Below the pieces are notes generated by a model that worked only from the letters and a program-made list of their open reading frames with translations, had not been told where the DNA came from and did not search any database. The position numbers and the translations under genes are program-made. From Eledone cirrhosa (taxonomy: Eukaryota), in the NCBI GenBank assembly GCA_964016885.1, contig OZ024743.1, forward strand, positions 237,274,001 to 237,338,000: DNA of 64,000 bases. Direction: 5' to 3'. Positions 16,250 to 29,074 of this stretch are shown here, in pieces. Position 1 is the stretch's first letter, and every line of letters begins with the position of its first letter.

Positions 16250-17040
16250 TATTACGAACAGCGATGTTACATGGCAGTCAGACATGGGCCTTGTGTGCAG
16301 AGGATCTACGCAGACTGGAGAGGAACGAAGCTTGCATGCTCCGTTGGATGTGTAATAGTAATATACGCGAATGGCAAAGCATAAACGAACTAAGTGAGAA
16401 ATTAGGAATAAGAGGGATCAGATGCTGTTTACTCGAGAGAAGACTACGTTGGTATGGTCACGTGATGCGCATGAAAGGTGACAGCTGTATAAAAAAGTGC
16501 AGGGCGATCAATATAGACGGTAGCTACGGAGTAGGCAGACCGAGAAAAACCTGGGACGACTTGATAAAATCCGACCTCACACATACCTCTCCAAGACAAT
16601 GTCACTGGACCAAGATCTTTGGTGCTATGTAGTAATACAGAAGACCCGCCTTGCCTAAGTACAAAGCGAAACCTACAGTCAGAAGGCACCTCTTAACCAA
16701 AATACAACCCCCGTCCCACTAACCCTACCCCCACTGCCATCTACACCATCCCTTTCAATGTAAAGCTATGTTGGTACCACAACATCCAGTCCTAAATAAA
16801 TGAGGTCATGTAGGTGTCACGACAAAAAAACACACAGTCCATGCTGTAATGTGGCCGTGTAGGTAACACGGTAAAACCCTCCCAGTCCACACTGTAAACG
16901 TGGTTGGTGTTAGGAAGGGCATCCAGCCGTAGAAAACCCGCCAGACAGTCCTGAGCAAGACAACCAATCTTGCCTCAAGTGGGACAATTCCCATCTAGAC
17001 CCAAATGGAAAATGGACGTTAAACGATGATAATGATGATG
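16250..17040 (+). mobile_element. RTE-clade LINE 3' fragment with 3' UTR and (GAT)n tail
   Basis: MLHGSQTW...[13 protein letters not shown]...[12 protein letters not shown]...GRPRKTW; tail aaacgatgataatgatgat. Confidence 0.88.
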
Positions 17041-17120
17041 ATATAAATGTGAAGTTTGAAGGACACGACAATGCGAAATGGATGGCAAGAAATTAAAACG
17101 AAACAAGATGTTATCTGTTC

Positions 17121-17326
17121 TGTTACCTTATTTATTTATCTGTCCTGATATTTTGAGATAAAATCTCTTCTTCAGAGGAATATAAGAAGTGACCACTCCG
17201 GATTCGGTAAACACGTGTTACCTTATAAACATGTGTTTACCGAAACTGGACTGGTCACTTGTTATATTCCTCTGAAGATGAAATTTTATCTCAAAATATC
17301 AGGACAGATAAATAAATAAGGTAATA
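17121..17326. repeat. fold-back element with decayed hammerhead in each arm
   Basis: ~97-bp arms; cct-CTGAAGA-(gagat/atctc)-AAAAT-ATC-agg, then AATAAA. Confidence 0.75.
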
Positions 17327-17806
17327 CACAATAAATATATATATCATCATCACCATCATCATCGTTTAACGTCCATCTTCCACACTAGCATGGGTTAGAC
17401 AGTTTTGTTCCATTTGATGTGGGAATGGTTGGGAGACTGTGTCTCACTCGTATGGAAGTGTCTCTGGCAGGTTTTTTACAGCTGGATGCCCTTCCTAACA
17501 CCAACCACATTTACAGTGTGGACTGGGAGCCATTTTTACCATGTCTCCTACACGGCCACCTTACAGTGTAGACTGTTGTGTCATTGACACAGTGGACAGA
17601 ACGGTATAATGGGGTAGGGTGTATGGGGTGGGGTGTACAATAGGTTAAGAGGTGCCTACTGACTGTAGGTTTGTATGCAATAGCAGTCAGGTCTTCTGTA
17701 CAACTGCATGACACCAAAGCTCTCTGATACACCAAAGCTAGATTATGTATCAGAATAAAACAGGCAATAAAAATGTCTTAGAGATTTTATGAGAAAGTTT
17801 ACTTAC

Positions 17807-18057
17807 CTGAGGCAAAACATGCAATATATAACACCTGTCCTATTAATATCCAGAATATTAGGTTAGAAGGACATACCCCATGTGACCAGAATACTGATGG
17901 GTTTTGTCCCTTGATTGAGGTGCTATTACAGCGCCCTCTTGTTGTAAATGGCTTCCCCTCAAAGGCTGGGAGACAGGATCCATTGATGACACCTAAAGAA
18001 GGGTCATTCACATAACAGAAGCCACATTGTTGGTCTGATATACAGTCGAGACAGGAC
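17807..18057 (-). CDS. SLC2A13: SLC2A13-like exon 7 (Cys-rich extracellular loop + TM10)
   Basis: acceptor tctctggcag|; SCLDCISDQQCGFCY...GSCLP...GRC...FWSHGVCP...LYIACFASG, matching the HMIT loop Cys pattern; donor G|GTAAGT; 251 nt. Confidence 0.93.
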
Positions 18058-18184
18058 CTGCCAGAGATAAAGGGTTCTAATTAAGGAACAAAGAGAGCAA
18101 ATACGTGGGAAGTGGAAAGTTTATTACTCTTGGGACCCAAATAATAGGTGTGGGGGTAAAATAAGTGGGGTGAGAAACAGATAT

Positions 18185-20635
18185 TGTGCAAACAAGGTGC
18201 AAACGATTTCCTTGAACTAGTGCTGGACTCAAACTGGTCACAAGTAGTCACCTCTCCAACAAGAGGTGACAACACTTTGGACCTGATCTTCACCACTACT
18301 CCTGAAGTGGTTATCAGTTGTACTACTGAGGAACCTCTAGGCGACTCTGATCATGCTATGATCATTGCCAATCTGGCACTTGCGGGCAGCAACAGAAACC
18401 AGAGCCATCTCCAATCTGCTTGCTTTGATTGGAAGAAAGCAGATTTGAACTTGTACTGCACTGAGCTACAGCGCCCAAACTGGCATGAGATGTATAACTC
18501 TGGAGATGTGAACACTATACTCCAGAGCATCCTGGACTCAATATGGATAGCGTGTGCAGCATCGGTGCCACGTAAGCAGAAAAAAAAAACACCCCAAAAG
18601 TGCAATTTGGGAAACTTCAGCGGTCCGACTTGCCAGGAAAGAACGTCAGAACGCTGAACGGGAATATAAACTGCATAAATCAGATGCCAACAGAAAAAAG
18701 CGGAATAAATCTTCTAACCATCTCAAGCAAGTGACAAAGAAGACAGTGCTTGAATTTTAACAGTGCATAGCAACCAATCCTGACAGTAAGGTGTTCTGGA
18801 AATATGTTCATTCAAAGCAGAGACCTCACTCTCCTGTTGGTCCTCTTCGCAATCCCCACACAAGCCAGATCACTGACGATCCCAAAGAATGCGCAGAACT
18901 CATTGCTGAGTGCTATGCAAGTATTTTTACTGTTGAAAACCAGAATGTACCATCTCCACCATCTCTAACATCAAATTCCATAACAACTATGGAATTTACA
19001 CCTGCAATGTTGCGACGTCACCTTAAGAATAAGCGCAACTATGCCTCCCCTGGTCTTAATGGTGTTACATACCTGCTTCTCAAATGTGGCGGGTATTTCC
19101 TTTTGCGCCAACAATGGTGCTACTCCGGAGCAGTGGAAAACTGCCAGTGTCATTCCCCTGTTCAAAAAGGGCAACCGCATGTCACCTGTCAACTATCGTC
19201 CAGTCAGTCTTACTAGCTGTATGGCCAAACTGATGGAATCCTGTGTCAGAGAAACACTTTGGAACTTCTGGAGCTCTCACAGCCTCATCCGGCCCTCACA
19301 GTTTGGATTTATCCCTAACTCCAGCTGCTGTGATCAGCTTATCGAGTTCCTTGAAGACATCATCCGGATCACTGACAGCGGCTCATGGGTGGATGTTGTT
19401 TACCTTGACTTTGCTAAGGCTTTTAATTCTGTGCCACACAAAAGACTTATGGCAAAACTCTCTGCAATGGGTGTGAGGGATGATCTTTTTGACTGGTTGA
19501 AATCCTTCATTCTCAGCCGAAAAGAAGTAGTCACGGTTCTAGGACAGCATTCTTCACCATATGAGATGTCATCTGGTGTACCACAGGGATCTGTTCTTGG
19601 TCCCCTTTTGTTTGTGGCATATATTAATGACATAGATGCCAACTTACAGAATGCCATGGTACTGAAATATGCAGATGACATCAAGCTGTACCTTGAAATC
19701 AAAAGGACTGATCATGAAATCTACAACTCTTTCCTACAATCAGACCTGGACACAATGCAGCAATGGATCACAGACTGCAACTGAAGCTGGCTGTGGACAA
19801 GTGTACCACCATGCATTTTGGGAGGAAAAATCCAGCGTCCACATACTCGCTCCACAACACTGATATCAAGAAGTCCTCTTGTGAACGTGACCTGGGCATT
19901 ACTGTCAGCAGCGATTTGCGTTGGACAAAGCATGTCTCTAAGATTGTCAAGAAGGCTGAGGGTGTCTTGGCATCACTCAGCAAGACCTTTGTTAGCCGCT
20001 CCCCAGCCATCTATTTAAAACTGTATACAGCTATGGTACGACCACACTTGGAATTCGCATCATCAGTCTGGAACCCCTATCTTGCTCAGAACATTGACCT
20101 CCTGGAAACTGTTCAGAGACGTGCAACCAAGCGCATACCCTCCATCAGACACCTACCATACTCTGAACGCCTTGCTTCCCTGGGCATGGATTCATTGAAG
20201 CTCTGACGTCTGGCAATGGACTTGGTAAATACCCACAAAGTTATTAACCATCTCGCCAATTGCAACCCTGAGCACCTTTTTGATCTCCATGTGTCTAACA
20301 CACGTGGAAATGCTTACAAAATCAGAAAACAGCACAGCTCCCATGACTTTCGTAAACATTTTTTCATGCTCAGAGTTGCTGAAGCATGGAACAAACTGCC
20401 TGCATCAGCTGTTAGCTGTCGAGACACTGCATCCTTTAAGACACTCATGCTTCCCGAAATACGCCAAAACTACACCTGATGTACCCCTTCCATACACATG
20501 CACACATGTGTGTATCATGACTCATGCACTGTTCATTTTCCTGATGTTTGTACATTACCCTATGTACTATACATACACTTTTTGATGAGTTGTAGTGCAC
20601 CTGAGCACTGTACACAATATTTCATTATTATTATC
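18185..20635 (+). mobile_element. CR1-clade LINE, 5'-truncated ORF2, frameshifted (intron 6, antisense to gene)
   Basis: APE end (PTRGDNTLDLIF, LGDSDH), NYRPVSLTS, VYLDFAKAF, SGVPQGSVLGPLLF, YADD, VRPHLEFASSVWNPY, RVAEAWNKLP; (ATT)n tail. Confidence 0.92.
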
Positions 20636-20636
20636 A

Positions 20637-20902
20637 TACTTTGGGAGGGTCATGCTACCAATAAAAACACACATATGTTGGATTTCTCTTCAAGATGATG
20701 TAGGACAGAACAAAGAGAGGCACTAAATAACAACAAAGATAGCCACTGAGGAGGTCACAGAATGTGTGACGAAAGAGCTTTGACGATCAACAACTAAACA
20801 ACCATCAGTTATTAAACTAATCAACTAGGAGTTTATAATAAATTGAAATGAAAACCAAGAGATGCATGTGTTTTTGTTGGCAGCATGATTCTCCCAAAAT
20901 AT
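20637..20902. repeat. fold-back with hammerhead-like motif at ~20746-20783; related hairpin at 52072-52155
   Basis: inverted ends atactttgggagggtcatgc / gcatgattctcccaaaatat; CTGAGGA-g-gtcaca..tgtgac-GAAA-gagctt. Confidence 0.6.
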
Positions 20903-21512
20903 GTTTCAGTGACTGCATTTTTTAGTGCTATCCTTATTTAAACTGGTAGGATATGGTGGGAGGCTTAATATTTTACATGTTTCCACCAGTTACCTTTAAA
21001 AATCATATGAAATTCAAGCAAACATTGTCTATATCATCCTAAGATTTTGATCAACAATTCTTATTGAAGTTACCTCCCTGTGTATTTCTAAGAATGTGGT
21101 GGTGGTATTGTGGTGGTGGTGGTGGTGGTGATGTTGCTGGTGGTGGTTGTCATGGTGGTGGTGGTGATGTTGCTGGTGGTGGTTGTCATGGTGGTGGTAT
21201 TGTGGTGGTGCTGGCGGTGATGTTGCTGGTGGTGGTATTGAGGTGCTGGTGGTGGCAGTGGGGATGGTAGTAGTGGTAAAGGTGGTGCTGGTGGTGATGG
21301 TTGTGATGGTGGTAGTGGTGGACATGGTGGTGGGGTTGAGGTGGTGCTGGGAGCTGTGCTGTTGCTGGTATTGGTGAAGTTGGTGCTGAACTCCCTTGTG
21401 AGTTATCTCCCTGTGTATTTCTATGATGGTGGTGGCAGTAGTGGTGGTGGTGGTTACCTCCCTTGTAAGTTATCTCCCTGTGTATTTCTACGATGATGGT
21501 GGTGGTAGTGAG

Positions 21513-21671
<159 letters not shown>

Positions 21672-21719
21672 GGTAGTAGTAGTAGTAGTGCTGATAATTA
21701 TGATATTGTTGACACTTAC

Positions 21720-21834
21720 GTATATTTAACACAGTGTGAAGTGTTTGCTATGTCTTCATACACAGTGACAGGATAAGACTGTTGCTCTGTCCTCCAGTAG
21801 ATCATCGCCATGAAGAATAATGATACAATCACAC
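21720..21834 (-). CDS. SLC2A13: SLC2A13-like exon 6
   Basis: acceptor ctctctgtag|; VIVSLFFMAMIYWRTEQQSYPVTVYEDIANTSHCVKYT; donor AC|GTAAGT; 115 nt. Confidence 0.88.
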
Positions 21835-21840
21835 CTACAG

Positions 21841-22295
21841 AGAGGATCAGAGAGAATGAGAGAGGATCAGAGAGAATGAGAGAGGATCAGAGAGAGTGAG
21901 AGAGGATCAGAGAGAATGAGAGAGGATCAGAGAGAATGAGAGAGGATCAGAGAGAATGAGAGAGGATCAGAGAGAGTGAGAGAGGATCAGAGAGAATGAG
22001 AGAGGATCAGAGAGAGTGAGAGAGGATCAGAGAGAATGAGAGAGGATCAGAGAGAGTGAGAGAGGATCAGAGAGAATGAGAGAGGATCAGAGAGAGTGAG
22101 AGAGGATCAGAGAGAATGAGAGAGGATCAGAGGGAGTGAGAGAGGATCAGAGAGAGTGGGAGAGAATCAGAGAGAATGAGAGAGGATCAGAGAGAGTGAG
22201 AGAGGATCAGAGAGAGTGAGAGAGGATCAGAAAGAGTGAGAGAGAATCAGAGAGAGTGAGAGAGGATCAGAGAGAGTGAGAGAAGTTCAGAGAGA
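21841..22295. repeat. 20-bp purine-rich minisatellite
   Basis: agaggatcagagaga(a/g)tgag x~22, abutting the exon 6 acceptor. Confidence 0.95.
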
Positions 22296-22644
22296 GAGTC
22301 AAGCTTTTGAAAAACACATAACATGACAAACCATTCAAATTGTTTAACCCTTTCCTTACTATATTTCTAATGAAATAACTGTATTGGAATTAAAGAAGAA
22401 TTTAGAATGATTCACTAAAATCATTAATTATTTTATCATGACATCAGCACTAGAGAGGTTGTCATGCCTTTGACACATCTGAATTGTTCTGCTAAACCTT
22501 TGTTTGGCAATATTTCTACAGCTGGATGTCCTTATAACACCAACTACTTTGACAGCAGATACTGTGTGTGTTTATTGTGTGGGTGACAACACTAGTAAGA
22601 CTGTCCTTGACACAACTGTGTCTAATGCTCTCACACTCACACAT

Positions 22645-23703
22645 TCACTTCTGTATGACTGTGTAGCGCCAAAGATCTCTGTCCAGTGACATTGTCTTGG
22701 AGAGGTGTAAGTGTGTGAGGTCGGAATTTATCAAGTCATCCCAGGTTTTTCTGGGTCTGCCTACTCCGTGGCTAGCGTCTATTTTTATCGCCCTGCACTT
22801 TTTTATACAGCTGTCATCTTTCATGCGCATCACATGACCGTACCAACGTAGTCTTCTCTCGAGTAAACAACATCTGATCCCTCTTATTCCTAATTTCTCC
22901 CTTAGTTCGTTTATGCTTTGCCGTTCACGTATATTACTATTACACATCCAGCGGAGCATGCAAGCTTTGTACCTCTCTAGTCTGCATATATCCTCTGCAC
23001 ACAATGCCCATGTCTCACTGCCATGTAACATTGCTGTTCGTATGCAGGCATCATACAGCCTGCCTTTCATTTTTAGAGAGAACCCTTTAGCGGCCAATAG
23101 TGGTATAAGCTCTCTGAACTTTTTCCATCCCGTTCTGACTCTAGCTACTGTACTTTCAGAGCACCCTCCCCCACTGCTGATTTTGTCACCCAGGTAACGG
23201 AAGGTGTCCACTATTTCTATAGAACCATCTGTGCAATGGCATGAGCTAGTATTCTGTGGGCACTTGCTGCTACTTATTGCACCAGAGCACTGGCCACATA
23301 TAAAATCTATATTCTTAGTTAGCTTACCTGTGATCCCACTACATCTTTTATGCACCCATACTTTGCATTTGAGACATAAAATGGAGTTTCTGTCTACTCC
23401 TTTCCTACACACTGAGCATGGCCATTTGCCAGATGGGACCGGTGCCCTATTTTCCTTCCTACAAACTAGAACTTTAGTCTTAGACAAGTTAACTTTAAGG
23501 CCTTTTGATTCTAGGCCATGCTTCCATGTTTGGAATTTCTTCTCTAGTTCAGCCATTGATTCAGCTATGAGCAGTAGATCATCTGCATATAGGAGTTCCC
23601 ATGGGCAGCCGGTCTTGAACTCCTCTGTTATAGCCTGAAGGGCAATAATAAATAGTAGGGGGCTAAGAACGGAGCCCTGATGAACACCAACTTTTACGCT
23701 GGT
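22645..23703 (-). mobile_element. RTE-clade LINE fragment (RT C-half with Cys/His finger)
   Basis: GVHQGSVLSPLLF, LLYADD, CSVC...CLKCKVWVHKRC...[17 protein letters not shown]; open frame. Confidence 0.92.
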
Positions 23704-23722
23704 GTATATATATATATATATA

Positions 23723-23769
<47 letters not shown>

Positions 23770-24337
23770 TTTACGCCCAGTTTTCCATGCTTGCATGGGT
23801 TATATATATATATATATAATCCTGTAATTCAATGAGCTCAAAGGAAAGAGTTTTCCTGGGCACTTTAAAATACAACACGCTGAAACAATCTCTTAGTGAG
23901 TTTGTACATGTGCGATTTAGTTCTGAGGTAGGTTTTTCATTTTAATTTATCCTTTTAATTATGTTTCTCCTATACCTCTCTTAGCTTATATACTCTTCAC
24001 GCTGGTGGTTTACAATCCTGTAAATGTAAACACACTCTCCTGCGTTTTTCGTCTCTATATTGTATTTTAAAGTTACTGTAGGTTCACCAGAGTGGGCATA
24101 AGATGTGTAGTTTCCAGTAGGTATAGAGATGTATTACTAAGCAGAGTGTAATAATTGTTTCTACTTTTGGCACAAGGCCAGCAATTACCCAATACATTAC
24201 TGGTACTTTATTTTATTGACCCCGTAAGGATGAAAGGCAAAGTTGACCTTGGCGGGATTTGAACTCAGAATGGAAAGGGCCGTAACTCTATGCGTCAAAT
24301 CATGACGCCCGACTCTCTACCAATACTGCCAATCCAA

Positions 24338-24614
24338 TAATGATAAAAAAGACAATTTATTATGTTTTCATTATGTCTATTGAGTAGTGACGTGCGTTTT
24401 GCTATTGATCAGCTCAAGGTTCAATCTGTATTGATCTAGCCCAACTCTGGAATCAAAAGCTCGTCGGACATTTGTTGTGGTAATGACAGAGGTCCAATAA
24501 GCTTTTGATTCCAGAGTCGGGCTAGGTCAATACAGATTGAACCTTGAGCTGACCAATAGCGAAACGCACGTCACTACTCAATAAACGTAATGAAGACATA
24601 ACAAATTGTTCTTT

Positions 24615-24625
<11 letters not shown>
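24338..24625. repeat. fold-back element with partial hammerhead-like 3' half
   Basis: ~122-bp diverged arms; gct..agc-GAAAC-gcac-GTC, then AATAAA. Confidence 0.75.
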
Positions 24626-24654
<29 letters not shown>

Positions 24655-24851
24655 TCTTCATCATCATCATCGTTTAACGTCTATCTTCCACGCTAGCATG
24701 GGTTTAGATGGGAATTGTCCCACTTGAGGCAAGATTGGTTGTCTTGCTCGTATAGGACTGTCTGGCAGGTTTTCAACGGTTGGATGCCCTTCCTATATAT
24801 ACATATACATACATACAGAAACACACACATACATACATATATATGTATATA

Positions 24852-24892
<41 letters not shown>

Positions 24893-25321
24893 TTATATAT
24901 ATATATATAATCAAAAGCAATGAGAACCATTCAACAAAATATTAAGTGGAAAGATATGTGTGATAATGTTTCGAGAGGTTAAGAGATCAATTCACTTGAA
25001 GAGGAGAAGAGGTGATTAGATATAGGAGATACATATGATCCTTGATCCTATTTACAGTAAATAAGGAGGAGGTTTGGTGAGTCGGGAGGTTGTTTCTACA
25101 GCCAAGGGTTCAATGAAATATCAACATGAGTGGAGGAAGAAGTGATTAGGTTGAGAATACATGATTCTAAAGCACAACAGGTGTCTTTGGTATTAATATA
25201 GTCATTGGTTTATTATTTAACAGAGATTATGTTTTATATTATCAAGTCATTGAATAATTGGGTGGAGGACAAGAGTAGAAGTTAAAGATATAAGATATAA
25301 CAACTGGGAACTAGGACACAT

Positions 25322-26110
25322 TACATGGCTGTGTTGAAAAGTTCCTGGTATGGGTAAAATAAAATAAAGTAGGATTGATTTAAAAGAAAGTACAGGAGGA
25401 ATGATTTAAAAGAAAGTACAGGAGGATTAGTTAGAAGAAAATACAGGAGGATCAGTTAAAATACAGGAGGATTAGTTAGAAGAAAATACAGGAAGATCAG
25501 TTAAAATACAGGAGGATCAGTTAAAATACTGGAGGATCAGTTAAAAGAAATACTGGAGGATCAGTTAAAATACAGGAGGATCAGTTAAAATACAGGAGGA
25601 TCAGTTAAAATACAGGAAGATCAGTTAAAATACAGGAGGATCAGTTAAAATACTGGAGGATCAGTTAAAATACAGGGGGATTAGTTAAAAGTATATACAG
25701 GAGGATCAGTTAAAATACTGGAGGATCAGTTAAAATACAGGAGGATCAGTTAAAATACAGGAGGATCAGTTAAAATACAGGAGGATCAGTTAAAATACTG
25801 GAGGATCAGTTAAAATACAGGAGGATCAGTTTAAATACAGGAGGATCAGTGAAAATACAGGAGGATCAGTGAAAATACAGGAGGATCAGTTAAAATACTG
25901 GAGGATCAGTTAAAATACAGGGGGATTAGTTAAAATACAGGAAGATCAGTTAAAAGAACATACAGAAGGTTCAGTTGATTATAATTTTATCAATATATTC
26001 CCCTCTCAGATTCACACACTTATTGCAATAGTTCTACCTCCTCTGTAAAATTAATAGCTCTACCCTTTTGTTTATACTCATAAGCCAAGGACTTTTCAAC
26101 AGTCCCTAGT
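25322..26110. mobile_element. mariner-derived MITE with internal 20-bp minisatellite
   Basis: TIR-like ends gttgaaaagttcctgg / ccaaggacttttcaac with TA flanks; minus-strand NKCVNLRGEY mariner C-terminus remnant; (ggaggatcagttaaaataca)n at 25390-25975. Confidence 0.7.
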
Positions 26111-26212
26111 ATATTACAGAAGATACAACTCCATTATATTGTAATAAAACAATTGTGTTAGTATGAAATTGGTAAAACAGCGTGATGACATGAAATAACA
26201 AAGATATCTCAC

Positions 26213-26373
26213 CTATTGTTGAGAGGAAAAGCAATTTACGGCGTCCAATTCGTTCTATTAGGTAGAGACCAACAAAAGTGAAAAGAAAGTTTGCAAAGAT
26301 TGGTATGGCTGATAACCATAATGCTAACGATTCATCACTGATTTGAGTCTTTAGGAAGAGACCACTGTAGAAT
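26213..26373 (-). CDS. SLC2A13: SLC2A13-like exon 5
   Basis: acceptor tttttctccccag|; FYSGLFLKTQ...FTFVGLYLIERIGRRKLLFLSTIG (GRR motif); donor G|GTGAGA; 161 nt. Confidence 0.92.
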
Positions 26374-26412
26374 CTGGGGAGAAAAATAAGTCTTTTAATA
26401 CATAACTACCTC

Positions 26413-26674
26413 CAGGGTTGGATTTAGACCTTAGGGGCTTGGGGCATTTCAGGTTGGTGGGGGCACACACCCCAAAAATTACAATACACAGCAAAGCCTC
26501 CAATTTTACATAATAAAGTTAGCTTGGCACAAATAATTGGAACTGAAAAGTTATACATACAGGTATTAAATTCAAAAATTCTAACCATCCTAAAACTAAA
26601 AAGCCCAGCTGACGGCACAAATAAATTGCTACAGCCATCTCTAGTGGGGTCCCCTCCTGTTAAATCCGGACCTG
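26413..26674. mobile_element. hAT-like MITE
   Basis: TIRs cagggttggattta / taaatccggacctg; 8-bp TSD actacctc / actatctc. Confidence 0.7.
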
Positions 26675-27269
26675 ACTATCTCCATTTGTAACCCTTCAAA
26701 ATATAACTGCTGGCATTACAATAGAAAATGTAAAGCCTGATCAAAACACTGCACAATTGATGCACGGAATTGCATTTGGGTGTGCAGTGAGAGATCAGAA
26801 TAAGGAAGCAATCATCATCATCATCATCATCATCAGGTTTAGCGTCCGTGTTCCACGCTTGCATGGGTTTGGACGGGGGTTTTCCCACTTGAGGCAAGAG
26901 TGGTTGTCTTGCTCGCATAGGACTGTCTGGCGGGTTTTCTACAGTTGGATGCCCTTCCTAACACCAACCACATTTACAGTGTGGGGCTGGGAGGTTTTTA
27001 CCGTGTTGCCTACACGGCCACATTACAGCGTGGACTGTCTGGCGGGTTTTCTACAGCTGGATGCCCTTCCTAACACCAACCACATTTACAGTGTGGGGCT
27101 GGGAGGTTTTTACCGTGTTGCCTACACGGCCACATTTACAGCGTGGACTGTGTGTTTTTTGTCGTGACACCTACACGATCTCATTTGTTTCGGCCTGGAT
27201 GTTGTGGGACCAACATAACTTTACAATGGTTTTATCTTTCCATTGCTGTTACTATTTGGCAGTTGCATC

Positions 27270-27805
27270 TCCCTGAGCAAGGTGGTCAGATAACATCCAT
27301 GAGCTTGGTTGGTCTCACTTGGGGATCCAGCTGGATTAGTTGGAGACAGTTGCTTTTGACAGGACCTGCTGGAAGGAGTGTTTGAGAACTCTTCCTCCAT
27401 GACCTTCTTGTGACAAAGAAGAAGAAGAAGAAAACTCTTCTTCTTCACCCACTTATTCCTGAAAAGTCGTGGGGTCATAGTCCTCAAACACTCCTTCCAG
27501 CAGGTCCTGTCAGAAGCAACCATCTCTGATCCGGCTGGATCCCCAAGTGAGACCAGCCAAGCTCTTGGATGTTATCTAACCATCTTGCTCAGGGCCTACC
27601 CCTGGATCTCATGCTGGTTGATTTTGCTCATAAAAATCTGTCCAATGATTCTTTCCTGAGACATTCTAACCACATGCCCATAGTATCAGAGCTATGATAT
27701 CTTAATTCAGGGAAGTAACAGCTCTACCTGGTGTGACTCTCTGATCTCCGAGTTACCACAAAGACCCTATGGAGGACCCCCATTTTGGCTGCTTGTATTC
27801 ACAAT
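27270..27805. mobile_element. two RTE (Expander/Rex3-like) 3' ends, tail-to-tail
   Basis: (GAA)n tail meets (TTC)n at ~27435; homologous to the 53860-54235 copy. Confidence 0.75.
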
Positions 27806-27889
27806 CATATTCTTGATAACAACTGAGATAAATCTGAGTCAAGAATTTGATTTTGGAGATGCTATGATTTACTAAAAGCATAGGTGTCA

Positions 27890-28480
27890 TGATAAAAAGC
27901 ACCCCGTCCACACTCTAATGTGGTCATGTTTGTGTCACAACAAAAAGCACCCAGTCCACACTGTAAAGTGGTCATGTAGGTGTCACAATGAAAAGCATCC
28001 AGTCCAGACTGTAACGTGTCATGTTGGTGTCAACAAAAACCACCCAGTCCGCACTGTAAAGTGGTCATGCAGGTATCACGGCAAAAACCACCCAGTCCAC
28101 ACTGTAAAGTAGTCATGTAGATGTCATGACAAAAAGCACCCAGTCCACACTGTAAACTGGTCATGTAGATGTCATAACAAAAAGTGCCCAGTCCACACTG
28201 TACAGTGGTCATGTAGATGTCACGACAAAAATCACCCAGTCCACACTGTACAGTGGTCATGTAGATGTCATGACAAAAAGTGCCCAGTCCACACTGTACA
28301 GTGGTCATGTAGATGTCATGACAAAAAGTGCCCAGTCCACACTGTATAGTGGTCATGTAGGTGTCACGACAAAAAGCACCCAGTCCACACTGTAAAGTAG
28401 ACATGTAGGTGTCATGACAAAAAGTGCCCAGTCCACATTGTAAAGTAGACATGTAGGTGTCATGACAAAAGGTGCCCAGT
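27890..28480. repeat. 48-bp tandem array amplified from the RTE 3' UTR
   Basis: aaaaagtgcccagtccacactgtacagtggtcatgtagatgtcatgac x~12, followed by the rest of the RTE tail to ~28640. Confidence 0.85.
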
Positions 28481-28911
28481 ACTCAGAGTAAATGTGGTTG
28501 GCGTTAGGAAGGGCATCAAGCCAAAGAAACCAAACCATAATCAGTTCTGTATGAGCATGACATAGTCATCTGACATTGACTAGCCTCAAATAGGACAACC
28601 CGTCTAACCCATGCTAAATGGACATTAAATGGTGATAAAGACAAGCCCCAAGCATGGTCGAATGTCTTAAACTAATAAAATAATAAAGTATATAGCACGA
28701 AAGGTGTGCATTGGTGGATTGGCAGTATCGGTAGAGGATCGGACGCCATGCTTTGCAGCAAAGAGTTACGGCCCTTTATAGTCTGAGTTCAAAATCCCGC
28801 CAAGGTTAACTTTGCCTTTCATCCTTACGGGGTCGATAAAATAAAGTACCAGTAATACACTGGGTAATTGCTGGCCTTATGCCAAAGGTAGAAACAATTA
28901 TTACTACTTAC

Positions 28912-29029
28912 ACAATGACATTGATGCCAGACAATTGTGCAATAATATGCAAGGAACAACAAATGACAAGGGCTCGCTGCACTGATGGGGTCTTTGTAAT
29001 TCTCTTCCAAACATGGAACATTGATGTCT
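28912..29029 (-). CDS. SLC2A13: SLC2A13-like exon 4
   Basis: acceptor tctctccatag|; TSMFHVWKRITKTPSVQRALVICCSLHIIAQLSGINVIV (TM7); donor GT|GTAAGT; 118 nt; not in the ORF track in this frame. Confidence 0.9.
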
Positions 29030-29074
29030 CTATGGAGAGAAATATACAACACAGTCTGGCTAGTTTACATAATT

